64,000 bases of DNA, from contig OZ231126.1 of the NCBI GenBank assembly GCA_965153355.1, positions 8,370,001 to 8,434,000 on the forward strand. Direction: 5' to 3'. The first letter of the stretch is position 1. Every line of letters begins with the position of its first letter. The stretch is from Flaccisagitta enflata. Taxonomy: Eukaryota. The notes under the pieces are model-generated. The model had not been told where the DNA came from and ran no database searches. It worked only from the letters and a program-made list of their open reading frames with translations. Of this stretch, positions 38,501 to 51,245 are shown in pieces. The translations under genes and the position numbers were made by a program.

Positions 38501-41458
38501 CAGTACGAGTATCGAAGAACTGTATAACTCTGGGGAAGCCATATCTGCCAAACGGCTAGGATTCATACGTAATCAAATTTTTTACCACATAATGCACCTA
38601 TAGGTCTACTATGTTGTTTAAGGTTTTGGAGCCATTCCAACAAATTAATTTTTTTTAAGTCAAAAAATTTTTTTTTCAGTTTTTTGCTGATTTTGACCAC
38701 AAAAATTACACTAAAAAAAAAATCTCTCATATGTAAATTAGTTAGACTCATTTACACAAATTTCATTTGTTGGGGATTTTCCACAATTTTGAAGCTATAC
38801 TAAAACCCAAAAAACACAAAAGTGGAATATTTCCTAGGTTTTCAATAAAATCGCCTGATTTTTGGCGTGGTAGTAGTTTAGGACTCACTAATAAGTGTGC
38901 AAAATTTCAGTTCTTAAAATGGAGTTTTGATACAGTTATGAAATTTTGAGTTCACAAAAAGCAGTGTAGACAATTTTTCATCAAGATTTTTTTTTTCAAA
39001 TAAAAAATTCTGTCAATTGTCATATTTTGATATAATTAATAAATTAAAAGTCTCAAAAATTTGATAATCTATAAGAAAAAAAATTTTTCTCAAAATTGCA
39101 AAAATGACCCATTTTCAGGTTAATAAAAATCGCTCCTGTCATCCGATCATCTTCATTTTTGGTGGAGCACCTGTTATCTACCCTAACTTCATTTAAAATT
39201 TATTCACTGCAACATCGGCTGCAGAGATATTGACGTTCGTTATTTGTCAGAGCAAAATCAGCAAAATTTGCATTTTTTTAGCCATTTTTGAGCTTGTATA
39301 AAATTTTATTTTTTTCTAGATATCTTCTTTTGCTGAAGTTAATCAAGTTTACATTATATTCATATTCCAGAACACATTTGTCATGAAGCCGTTTTAGTTA
39401 TGATGGTCCAAAGTTTTAAAAAACACCAATTTTTTAACAAAATTTTAAAGAAAATTTTCAAAAAATTGAAAAAAAGTTGTCTTCAGGGTTTTGGATCTGG
39501 GCGAATTAGATATTTTCCAATTGTTTTGACCCCCCCTTTGTAGACCATTTTTTGAAAATTTTTCGTCAATTTTTTACCCACTGATTTGGTGGAAAAATTG
39601 GTGTTTTTTGAAACTTTGGACCATCATAACTCTAAAACGGCTTCACTGACAAATGTGAAATTCTGGAATACAAATATATGCTTATATTTGAGTAACTTCA
39701 GCAAAAAAGAAAGTATCTGAAAGAAAAAATAAAATTTTATGCAAGCTCAAAAATGGCCAAAATGCAAATTTTGCTGATTTTGCTCTGACAAAGTAACTTT
39801 GAATGTCAATATCTCCGCAGGCGTTACTCGCAGTTAGCTCAAATTTTAGGTGAAGTTAGGGTAGATAACAGATAACAACTCCACCAAAAATGAAGATGAT
39901 CAGATGACAGGAACAGTTTTTATTCAACCTCAAAAAAAAGGTCATTTTTGCAATTTTTGAGAAAAATTTTTTTTTTCTAACAGGGCTAGCTCAAAAAATT
40001 TTTTAGTAACTTTTAATTTGTTATTTAATATATCAAAAAATGATAATTGACAGAATTTTTTATTTGAAAAAAAAAATTTTGATGGAAAATTGTCCTACAC
40101 TGCATTTTGTGAAAAATTCAAAATTTCATAACTGTATCAAAATTTTATTTTAAGAGCTGAAATTTTTCACACTTATTAGTGAGTTCTAAAACTACTACCA
40201 CGCCAAAAATCAGGCGATTTTATTGAAAACCTTAGGAAATATTCCACTTGTGTTTTTTGAGTTTTGGGTGCCATAGCTACAAAAATTGGTGGAAAATCCC
40301 CAGCAAAAAATGAAATTTATGTAAATGTGTCTACATGTGTAAATGTGTCTACATGTGTATACATGTGAGAGATTTTTTTTTAGTGTAATTTTTGTAGTCA
40401 AAATCAGCAAAAAACTGAAAAAAATTTTTTGGACTAAAAAAAATGAATTTGTTGGAATGGCTCCAAAACCTTAAACAACATAGTAGACCTATAGGTGCAT
40501 TATGCAGGGAATGTAAAAAACCCAAAATTTTGAAAAAACCTGAAAAAACCCGGGTTTTTTAAAAAACCCAGGTTTTATCAGGGGTTTTTTCAAACTCCGG
40601 GTTTTTTCAAAAGATGATCGTGTGCTACTGTAAAAACATTCTAAACTGGGATATATTCATGATCAATAAAGTAATCATAAAATAAGGATACTTAATATAA
40701 TATACAAACTTAAGTATGTATAATATTGCTTCATGTGAATTACACAAACACAATTCTTTTTGTTTTATAACCGTTTCTGATTGGGTCAAGTTTTTTACCT
40801 AACGAGTATCTACTACCACCAGCCATATTTTCTTGATCTTACAGAATCAAGGTGTAACTGGAGAAAAACAAAAACAGAATGCCATCATGTAAATAACAAA
40901 CTCAGTGCCAAGTATGTAGCTAATGAATTGCTTAGATCGGAGAATTTCACAGATTGTATTAAGCTAGTAAGATGAGAATTCTTCAGAAACTTCATTAAGT
41001 ATCCCATCAGGTTGAACTAAACATTGAAGTAATTGAGCCACATATGAGTCATGGTTGCCAAAACATTGCTGAGGTCCTGATCCTGAGCAGGAGAAAAGAG
41101 ATATTATCAGTTTGATCTATAAAATGTCAGTATCAGAAATAGTCAATTTATCAATAATTTGCTGATAAATTAATAAGAAATATACAGATTAAAATAGGGA
41201 GAAACTATATTTCATGAAAAAAAATGTTTTTAAGCAGGACACAATCATGAAAATGAACTTTTTTGAAAAAACCCGGGTTTTTTCAAAATTTCTTTGAAAA
41301 AGCCCAATAAAACCCGGTAATAAAACCCGGGTTTTTTCAAGCGGGTTTTATTGCCTTACATTCCCTGGCATTATGTGGTAAAAAATTTGATTATGAATGC
41401 TAGCCATTTGGCAGATATGGCTTCCCCAGAGTTATACCTTTCTTCGATACTCGTACTG
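38501..41458. mobile_element. Tc1/mariner-type fold-back element with about 1-kb inverted arms
   Basis: TA|CAGTACGAGTATCGAAGAA...TTCTTCGATACTCGTACTG|TA. Confidence 0.88.
40505..41367. mobile_element. hAT-type non-autonomous element nested in the fold-back element
   Basis: TIR CAGGGAATGTAA/TTACATTCCCTG with 8-bp duplication GCATTATG at 40497-40504 and 41368-41375. Confidence 0.9.
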
Positions 41459-41920
41459 TATCCGGAGCTCTATCAGACCTGTCCCGAGCTCTATCAGACC
41501 TATCCTCAGCCCTATCAGACCTGTCCCCAGACCTATCCGACCTATCACCAGCTCTGTCAGACCTAACCCCAGCTCCATCAGACCTATTCCCAGACCTCTC
41601 CGACCTATCACCAGCTCTATCAGACCTATCCCTATCTTTATCAGACCTAACTGTAGCTGATAACTTCTGTGAATGAAATGAGTATCATTAATGATAAACG
41701 AAATGAGTTTTCAATTGATATCAAACATTTCTAGTGATTTTTCATTAAAGCGTGACAGACGGACGGACGAATGAACGGACAGAGCCTCTTAAAGAGGTGC
41801 TATGGCGCACCTAAAAATCATCATAGCATATCTGAATCATTTTCAGTGATATTTTCTTCTTTTGGCGATTATCAGCTAGAGTGTGACCAACCGACCAACC
41901 GAAAGACAAATCCGTCTCAA

Positions 41921-42344
41921 GGCCCAAATCCCAGTCTCGAGGCCCAAATCCCAGTCTCGAGGCCCAAATCCCAGTCTCGAGGCCCAAATCCCAGTCTCGA
42001 GGCCCAAATCCCAGTCTCGAGGCCCAAATCCCAGTCTCGAGGCCCAAATCCCAGTCTCGAGGCCCAAATCCCAGTCTCGAGGCTCAAATCCCAGTCTCGA
42101 GGCCCAAATCCCAGTCTCGAGGCCCAAATCCCAGTCTCGAGGCCCAAATCCCAGTCTCGAGGCCCAAATCCCAGTCTCGAGGCCCAAATCCCAGTCTCGA
42201 GGCCCAAATCCCAGTCTCGAGGCCCAAATCCCAGTCTCGAGGCCCAAATCCCAGTCTCGAGGCCCAAATCCCAGTCTCGAGGCCCAAATCCCAGTCTCGA
42301 GGCCCAAATCCCAGTCTCGAGGCCCAAATCCCAGTCTCGAGGCC
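41921..42344 (+). repeat. 20-bp near-perfect satellite GGCCCAAATCCCAGTCTCGA, 21 copies, inside a family-B element
   Basis: Direct reading. Followed by the family-B tail at about 42370-42440. Confidence 0.95.
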
Positions 42345-44098
42345 TAAATTCCACTCATGAGGCCAAAATCTTCAACTTCAAGCACAACCTACTTAGGCAG
42401 GGCAAGGGTACCGCTGCCCATCTAACGCTTTTGCGACTATCACTTTTTTGGCGTTTTTTAGCTCCTGTCCAGATGCCCTAATCAGTAGTGACCTTCTCCA
42501 GCACTGCTCCTGCCCACCCGCACGCGACTAGGGTAGCCGTGTATCCGGCCTTGTTTCCGATTAAAGCCATCTTTATATCTTCAGACACTTGTGAATTGCA
42601 TGTCCTCAGAACTTGCTATTGTAAGTCTCATTATCATAATAGGTTGCAGTGCACAGGAACAGCCAAGTTTGGAAATCATTTCTCGTGAAATTCTTAATCT
42701 CTCTCTGAATGCAAAATTTTGCATTTCTAAGAACATGGCCCCTTTCTTATATGTCTTTAAAACAGGGCCATGTTCTTAGAAATGCAAATTTATGCATTCA
42801 GAGACCGATTAAGAATTTCAAATCTATGAAAGGAGGCTAATTTTCTTTTTTTTCTCTTAATTTTTCCAACTGGTTTTGATCACATAAATGATTCTCAATG
42901 CTAATAGATAAATGATTTACACTGAAAATACGATTTCTTTTCAAAAAATTGTGAATTCATCTTAATATTTTTTTTTCTAAAACATGATTGGACCGTAAAA
43001 ACTGCCCCTTCGTGTACACCTTGACATAGGTTCTTTATTTGATTCCAGCAGTTAGTTCTTTGTTTTTTTTTAAGGTTTTTTCATCGCCTACAAAGAAAAT
43101 AACAATGAAACGTTAACAACGGAGTTGATACGGTTCTAATTTATTACTTACGACAAAATAAGTAAAAATAGAAAATACGCAGGAGCAGCAGTTGGGTACA
43201 ACTGCGGAAACTATGTAAAATAGTTAATTGCGCGCATCACATGCAATTAAGCATGCTTCGTTAAAAAATGAAGTATAAATAGTTATCGAGCAACGGTAGA
43301 CAATTAGCGTAGCAAACATTGATGCGATTCAATAAAAGTTTCGCTTTCGCTCTCTCTTCAAGAGCAACCGGTATTCGCCCCAACCGATTTTCGCCTTTGA
43401 TCGCAAGATCGTCTGAACACGTGAAAAGAGTAAAAGGAAGAATCATTTGGAAAAAAGTCGAAGAATACCTTCGGCTTTTTGAAACCTATGGCGGAAATCG
43501 ATTTTTCCCTTATTCTCATAAGTGGTTTGCGAAAGTTGAGCAATTTTGGGGGCCAAATGAGACTACCCATGAAATTCATGGCTAAGAAAGAGCTAAATCT
43601 CCTCTTTCAGATTACACCAAGCAGAAAGTTTTGGAGCTATGATTTTCTAAATCTTTTTTTATTTTTTTGCACTTTTAACATTTTTCCCAAAAATGAAGAA
43701 TTAAGGTATTGAAATCTATTTGAACTTCAAATTGTCCCAGATGATGATTGTGCATGCTGATAGCAAAGTCTCTCACTCTCGTCGAATCTATAAGAGGCTT
43801 TTTGCATCCATCCGTCAGTCCATCCATTGGTTTGTTAATCCATCAGTCTATCCATGGTGATCAAGTCAAAAGTGGAAAAACAAACATTCTCTGTCTGTCT
43901 GTCTGTCTATCCATAGTCTATGCATAGTCTATCCACAGTCTGTCGGTCTATTGTCTGTCCATAGTCTGTCCATAGTCTGTCGGTCTGTCCATAGTCTGTC
44001 GGTCTGTCCATAGTCTGTCGGTCTGTCCATAGTCTGTCGGTCTGTCCATAGTCTGTCAGTCTGTCCATAGTCTGTCAGTCTGTCCATTGTCTCTTTTC

Positions 44099-44141
<43 letters not shown>

Positions 44142-44336
44142 TCCTTTTCTCTCAGCATATACGACTTTTTTCCTTCGGCGATTAGCGCCTTTATTGGTAG
44201 ACATAAGTTGTTACAAACTGAATAAAGTGAAAGACCAATTCGGGGTAATATCCTGATTGAGCCAATACACTCCCATGTCGATAACGTCATTTGTCAACTT
44301 TGTTCGAGACTAACCTTTTTGTTTCCTCAGCTGCAA

Positions 44337-44699
44337 CTACGCTGAAATCGGATCTTTTGTTGTCGGAGGTTCGTAAGAAACGTCTTCGCTACACTCGGAC
44401 TTGCCATCTTCTTCATATAATGAAAGACTGCAGATGCTACTAGCGTCCCCGCTGCCGATATCGTCTGGAGCATCGCAAACTGCGGCAGGGGGACGTGCGG
44501 CGACGGATTCGGCTGCAGCAGCAGGAGTCTTCGTCACGGGGGTAGACGCAGCAGTTATGCCAGGACAGAAACCGGCGTGCCTGTAGGGCGTCGGCTGCGC
44601 ATGATGCTGTGGTTGGGGGTGTAGATTCCGTGGCGGCGGTGGGTACAGCAAGTGAGTCGCAGGGGTGAGGCAGTGTGGATGAGACATGGGCGCCGTTAT
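44337..44699 (-). CDS. HMG-box gene last exon (ITAPMSHPHC...KDPISA*)
   Basis: ttcttacttcag acceptor, phase 0, stop at 44337. Confidence 0.75.
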   Translation of the reverse strand: MTAPMSHPHCLTPATHLLYPPPPRNLHPQPQHHAQPTPYRHAGFCPGITAASTPVTKTPAAAAESVAARPPAAVCDAPDDIGSGDASSICSLSLYEEDGKSECSEDVSYEPPTTKDPISA

Positions 44700-44739
44700 C
44701 TGAAGTAAGAACCCAGAACGTAATGGCTAATCTTAAAAA

Positions 44740-46916
44740 AAAAAAAGTCGAAGTCAGTCTTCGACTCTTTGACATGGAGAGATATGGAGAGACATGAGGA
44801 AATATGAGGATATATAAAAGACATAAAGAGACATGAAGAGACCTGAGTAAACATGAGGAGACATGAGAGACAAAGAGACATGAAGAGACATAAGAGATAT
44901 ATGAGACACAAGAGACACATAGGAGACATAAGTGACATAAAGGAGACATAGGAAAAATATAGGAGACAAAAGAGACAAAGACAAACAAATGATAAGAGAC
45001 AGAAGAGACATAGGAGACCTAGGATACATGATAAAATAAGAGACATAAGAGATATAAGAGACATATAGGAGACATAAAAGAGACATATAGGAGACATATA
45101 GGAGACATATAGGAGAGAAAAGAGACCAAAGAGATAAGAGACATGAAGAGACATAAAGAGACAAAGAGAAATGAAAAGAAAACCTTGAAAATCGCGTTTT
45201 AAAATTTTCGTGTTTCACTCAGACAGACAGACATTCAGACAGACAGACTAAGGGACACACCCTCTTATAGAAATGCAAGGACGCATCTAAAAAGCTGAGC
45301 ATCTCAACCGCCTGATTGTGGCCTCCTATGAAATTGATAAAATAAGTAAATCTGATAATTTGATGATTTCCTTTCATTTCGCTCCATGCAGAATGCTGTA
45401 CGACAAATATTATTTTAGTGATGATTTTTTCAATCTTTTGATTTTTTATGTTTTTGTATAAAATAAATAATGCATGCCAATACAAGAAAATACAGTTATG
45501 AGCAAGACTGCTCATCTATGAGGGTGTTTTTAATTATTCTAGCTCATTTAGCTCTGTTTTTAGGTGTGACAAAGCACCTCTATAACTGGCTGTGTCCGTT
45601 GGTTGGTCGGTTGGTCGGGTAACGCATTTGTTTGACGATCCACATATCGCACCTTATTGGCCTACTTGGCCTTGTTTTTCTGATTTTCAATAAGATAATT
45701 GATATTTTGATACGTGTTTGAGCATGCAAATACAAACAAATATATCTATGAGTTTAGCTGCTTATCAGTGTGAGTATTTTTAAGTATTCCAGCTCATTTG
45801 GCTTAATTTTTTTATTTCATTTTTAAAAGGATAAATAAATAGTAGGACGGATATTGCACTGTTGTAGTAGTTGATGCATGTATAATAGCTTGTACCTAAA
45901 TGACTAAAAGCAATAAAATCAGAATTCTACAAGTAGTTCTTGTTGTGGGGCTGTCTTGGGCTTCTATTGGCATCAATTTTGGTCTGAAAAATTTGCATCT
46001 TGCTGTCCGCGCCTTACCTTGAATTTTCCTTCAGCCTATGGGAAACCAAAAATTTCAAAGTGCTTAAATCTCTGTTTTGACTGCAGATTTGAAATCTGCA
46101 GAAAAAATTGTTAATTGAAAGTGCTTTCCTTTTTTCAACATTCCTTCGGGATCATAGTCAAAATTCATCTTAAAGATATAAAAAAAAGTAAGTTCGGCGA
46201 TTTCAAATATAAATAAAAGAGTAAGGTAAGTTTTGCAAACTTTGACACTTATTTTGAGCACCTTCTAGTTGGAATATTGAAAAAAAGGAAAGCACTTTCA
46301 ATTAACAATTTTTTCTGCAGATTTCAAATCTGCAGTCAAAACAGAGATTTAAGCACTATGAAATTTTTGGTTTCCCATAGGCTGAAGGAAAATTCAAGGT
46401 AAGGCGCGGACAGCAAGATGCAATTTTTTTCAGACCACAAGTGATGTCATTGGAAGCCCAAGACAATAAGAACTACTTGTGGAGTTCTGATTTTATTGTT
46501 TGTCATTTCAGTACAAGCTAATGTATAATGGTTAAACTTGTCATACTAAATTTGCCATGACCAAGTGTTGTTTAATACACATAAAAATTCACTTTCATTT
46601 TTTCTGTTTTCATTTTTTTTTTCTACATTATGCAACAAGTTTAACCATGAAACAGGATAATTGTTTTGATACATGTTAGAGCATGCAGATATACAAAAAT
46701 ATGTGTGTGAGCATAACTGGCCGTCTGGAGGAGTAACTGAGTATTTTAGCTCATCTACCTCATTTTGCTCAGTTCTTTTCTTATATAATTTTAAGTGCAA
46801 CTAATATATATAATAAATATTGATTTAATCTAACTAATAAAAAAAATTACATAGATTGAAAAATGATCATTGCTTACGACTTTTTTTCCCTGACGGCGAT
46901 AGCCGCCATTACAGGT
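44740..46916 (+). mobile_element. HINE-like element with a GAGACAT minisatellite and a nested fold-back (about 45890-46520)
   Basis: Head aaaaaagtcgaagtcagtcttcgac, tail cgactttttt followed by hairpin ggcgatagccgcc. Confidence 0.6.
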
Positions 46917-47074
46917 ACAATAACATGAAACGAGTGGATATTACAACAGATACAATCCAGTTGTATGAAAAAAGTTCTTTCTGCCTTAAAAAAAAAGGGA
47001 CATTTGGGAATCAATAATTTTCCTTTGCCCCAAAAGAGATTTAGCTAGTCACTAAAGCGATTTCGAGAACTGAC

Positions 47075-47251
47075 CTGACTCGGCATGGGACCGGGGTAGA
47101 GATGAGCATGGTTTGGATGTGGCATGCTGGCGTGAACTGCCGGAGACGCGTTATAATTGGGAGGAGTCAACATACGACCGGCGCCATAAAGAGCGTTGAA
47201 CGCATTCATGTGAGCTGTCATCATCGGCGGCGGTGGTAGAAAATATGGGTG
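47075..47251 (-). CDS. HMG-box gene exon 3 (HPYFLPPPPMM...PMPSQ)
   Basis: ttttgtcag and gtcagt boundaries, phase 0/0. Confidence 0.78.
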
Positions 47252-48540
47252 CTGACAAAATACCAAGAATGGATATGGGCAAAGCAGAGGGACAAGGGTA
47301 AAGCAAATTAAACAAGTTAATGGATGGGTACATCATCGTAGCAACGCTCTCTTGCAAAAAAAAAAAACGTCCAAAATTTTTAAGTTTTATGAAAAAGATC
47401 AGACTTTGAATATACACTACATTTATAAAGAATTTTTAGTTTTTGTTGATGTTTTTTTTAGCATGTTTTTTTTTTTATCAGTTAGGTTTTTTAGTTGCGT
47501 GCTACGCAACTCTACACCCCACTTTGTCCATCCGTTGGTTGGTTGGTCTGTCTGTCAGTCCGTCACATGTTTATTTTTTTATCAATTTTATTTCCTTCAG
47601 TCATTTTGAGTCATTTGAGAAGATACTAAGTCATTCTAAGATATTTTAAGTCATTCTAAAGCATTGTGTAAGTCTTGCACGCGACTTTTAGGTGTTGGCC
47701 TTATTTTCTCTTTTACTGCCTTTTTGTTTTTTTCCCTCTCTTTATTTCTTTCCCTCTCATACCTTAACCAGTCACTCTCACGTAGAATTTTATATTTATT
47801 CCCACTTAGACTATTAAATATTCTACTCCCTTTTCTTATCTTTTACTTATTTTCATTTCTTTCATTCACCCTTTTTTGAAGATTTATGATTTACTCAATT
47901 TTGAAAATGAATTTTATTACGATATTTTTTGTGTAAAATTTTCCAAAACAAAACCAAACTATTCCTCAAAACTCATTTAATGCTAAAAACGTTTTTGAGT
48001 TTCAGTAGCTAGATCTGCAGTTAGGTACTGGAAGCAGATGCAGAAAGGTAAACTCTACAAATACCTCTCATAAGACCACAGATTATATGCGTTGTAGGCG
48101 AGCATGCTTATTAACAGGTGCACTTTATATCATGCTAAACTCATGTTTTTGAGAAATATTGATCCTGCCTGGTTAGTGCTTTACCTTTTTTATGAAGTTG
48201 AATTTTGAATAAACAAATAAGAGTTTAAAATCTGTAAAAAATTGCCTATTATTTAGTCGCAATTTGTTTTTTAAGCCCATCCGCGGGTTTTTATTTAACC
48301 GACTGAGTTTTGATTGGTGATTTGCCATTAAGTAGGGTCCCACTCATAGGTTTATCGAGTATCTGAAGCCGTTCTTTGAAATTTGTTAATTTTTGGGATA
48401 TCTCGTACTCCCTTTTAGAGGCTTTGTCCGTCGGTCTGTCAGTCCGTGCTGATTGATTAATGGTGCAGCTAAACTCTTTTTGGGAATGTGTAAGAGGTGG
48501 ATGGGGGCTTTATGCCCCTACCCACCTGCCCGCAACGATA

Positions 48541-49155
48541 CCGGGTCATCCACCGGAGTTGTCGGATTATGTTAAGCTTTCACTCTTTGATGCCTGAAGT
48601 CAAATAATTGAAATTTATCTAGTCCTAAAGAGTAAGTATTGACGTGTTTTGTATCAAAATTTCATCCGTTTTGGTCAAGTAATTTGTCTTTAACATGGAT
48701 TTGAAGTAAAACCTCCTGTTTCCCCACTGAGCAGATTTTCCATCAAAATCCAAAGTTTTTCATGTCAACATTTCATTTCATTTTTGAACAATCTGAGCTA
48801 CTTATCTAGATAAGCCTTGAATAATTGATGATTCAAACTAATTAAGTATTTTTCTTTAAATTTATCTTTAGTTCAAGACTAATTTTGTCTCTTTGGAATG
48901 ATTTTGTTAAAAAAATATTAAAAATGAAGGCAACCAGTATTCTTGATTTTCATGAAAAATTTGTCCAATTGGAGAACATCAGCTCTTCCTTCAAATCCAT
49001 ACAACAGACAAACTACTTGACCAAAATGGATGAAATTTTGATACAAAAAACGTCAAAGTATACTCTTTAAGACTAGATCAATTTCAAATCCATGACTGCT
49101 ACCATTTGTGAGTAAAAGCTTAACATTTATCCGACAACTCAGGTGGATGTCCCGG
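48541..49155. mobile_element. TA-flanked MITE inserted in a family-A-related element
   Basis: TA|CCGGG-CATCCACC-GAGTTGTCGGAT...ATCCGACAACTC-GGTGGATG-CCCGG|TA. Confidence 0.8.
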
Positions 49156-49294
49156 TATTGTGACCCCCGTCAAGAAGCGCGCTTTAAATCTATCAGTCTG
49201 AAAGTTTTGAGACCGCTCTTTGTGACAAAAACCTTGGAAACTAAACAGAATTATACAAAAATCTACATCTGAATTCGGAACACAAATTAAGTAC

Positions 49295-49552
49295 CAGATA
49301 AGAGACAGGGTAGGAGGATTGGATCATTTGCGGTACCATTGGATGATACGCGAAGTGAGGCGCGCTAAGAGGAGCAAATGCGGGCATTCCAACGCCAGCG
49401 GCGGCAGCGGCAGCAGCAGCGGCGGCAGCGGTAGGAGGAGCGGCGTAGAGAGGATGCGGCGGAATGGCAGCAGGGTTGACCAGCATCGGCTTCGGCAGAG
49501 AGTTTGTTGGCCGACTTCCGAGTTGACGCGATTGTTGAGTAGATGATGCGAC
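49295..49552 (-). CDS. HMG-box gene exon 2 (VASSTQQ...polyAla...PVSYL)
   Basis: ttttcag and gtactt boundaries, phase 0/0. Confidence 0.78.
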
Positions 49553-49888
49553 CTGAAAACAAGAAAAATAGAATAAAATTTGAGTAAAGTGAAAACAAAA
49601 GCTTTTAAAAAACGAACGAGACGATGAAATGGGATGCGAAAACAGCGAAAACAGTCTGTCTTATAATTAAAAATGACGTAGTAGCGTAGAACAACAAATC
49701 TTATGAAGGCATGGATGAGATCGCGAAGAGTAAGGCGACATATAAAGACCTCTAGAGTCTAGAGTGGCGGACGGTGGAACAGTGGCGGTTGTGTACGGGC
49801 GCTTGCAGGAAAGAGGAATAACAAAAGCGCTTAAAGAGGGAAAACAAAAGACTTGAGAATTAGGAAAACGAACGCTCAAAAACACATA

Positions 49889-50324
49889 CACGCTGTATTT
49901 TGTCTAAGATCACTGTTTATAAGAACATCAGCCTCAGATATGGTGAAAAAATAAGAACATATTAAGAACATGCTCAGGCTCAGATTTTAGCAAAAATATG
50001 TTTTACATACGCTTTGATATAATTTTTAAAGAAAACAATCATAAAAAGTTGTACAGAATCCTCCAACCTAAACAATTAGACCAGTTACCTTTATCATTTA
50101 CATAATTTTTAATTCTACAACTTACAAAAACACAATTTTGTATGGACTGAGAATAAAGTACATTTACTTCATTGATTATGAATAGCTAGCAACTATGATA
50201 AAGAATCTTCAATGCAATAAAAATAAGAACAGGTTAAGAACGTTTGAGCCTGAAAATTAGATAAAAAATAAGAACGATGAGCCTCACTTCAAAAAACTGT
50301 GTTCTTATAAAAAATACGGCGTGT
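49889..50324. mobile_element. MITE with CACGC-GTATTTT termini
   Basis: tacacgctgtatttt...aaaatacggcgtgta. Confidence 0.6.
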
Positions 50325-50783
50325 ACAAGAGGAAGACAAAACAAGGCCGGATACACGGCAATCCAGTCGCGGACGGTTGGGCAGGAGCAGTAATGCGAAA
50401 ACCGCTCGGAATTCAAAAATGTGACGGACGGACGGACGGACCGACCGACCGACCTACCGACACGGCAAGGTGTAGAGTCGCGTGTCCGCTACTAAAAACA
50501 GAAAAGAGGAAACCAAAAATACAGAAAAGGGGGAAAGCAAAAATACAGAAAAGAGGGGAAACGTCCAAAACAAAGGCGCAGAAAAGAGGGAAAACAAAGG
50601 GAAAAAAAAGAGAAAACAAAGGCGCAAAAATAAGGAAAACAAAGGCGCAGAAAAGAGGGGAAACAAAGGTGAGCAAAAGAGGGAAAAAAGGCGCGCGAAA
50701 GAGGGAAAACAAAGGCGCAAAATTGAGGGAAAACAAAAGGGAAAACAAAAGAGTAGAGAGAGAGCAAATACAAAGAAGAGCAC

Positions 50784-51245
50784 CTTGGTTTTGGCTTTAG
50801 TTTCTTTTTTCGCAGGACTTGGCGAAGAAGATGATGACACTGAAGACGCATCCTCGTCCACCGTCGAGGGACATCCGGAATCCGGCGATGATGGCGCAGA
50901 CAACTCGTCGCCGCTTCCATCCCTTCCGGCCGTTAATGACGCCGTCGGTGACGGTGGCGATTCGCTTTCCGTCGACAACGTTGAAGTCGGGGACGTCGCG
51001 GCGACGGCGGCTAAAGCAGCTGCAGCAGCGGCAATGCGCGCGCGATCGCGCTTCCGTTGTTGCTTGTTGGTGGCGTCCCGGCGAAGTTTCTCGGCGCGAT
51101 CGAAATACGGGCGCTTCTCTTCCGACGTCAACACGAAGCGCCACTTCTGGTGGACGAGTTTGTCGATGTCTTCTTGAGTCGTCGCAGGATTCTCCTTCAA
51201 TGTCGCGATTTTTACTTCCTTCGCGAAGAGCAGGTACGCATTCAT
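50784..51245 (-). CDS. Divergent Sox-like HMG-box protein, HMG exon
   Basis: MNAYLLFAKE...ENP...I..L..KW...L..EEKRPYFDRAEKLR matches the HMG-box pattern of the Sox/TCF branch. Donor AAG|gtgct. Confidence 0.85.

Noticed and set aside
41771-42481. Repetitive 236-aa ORF
   Set aside because: Artefact of the 20-bp satellite.
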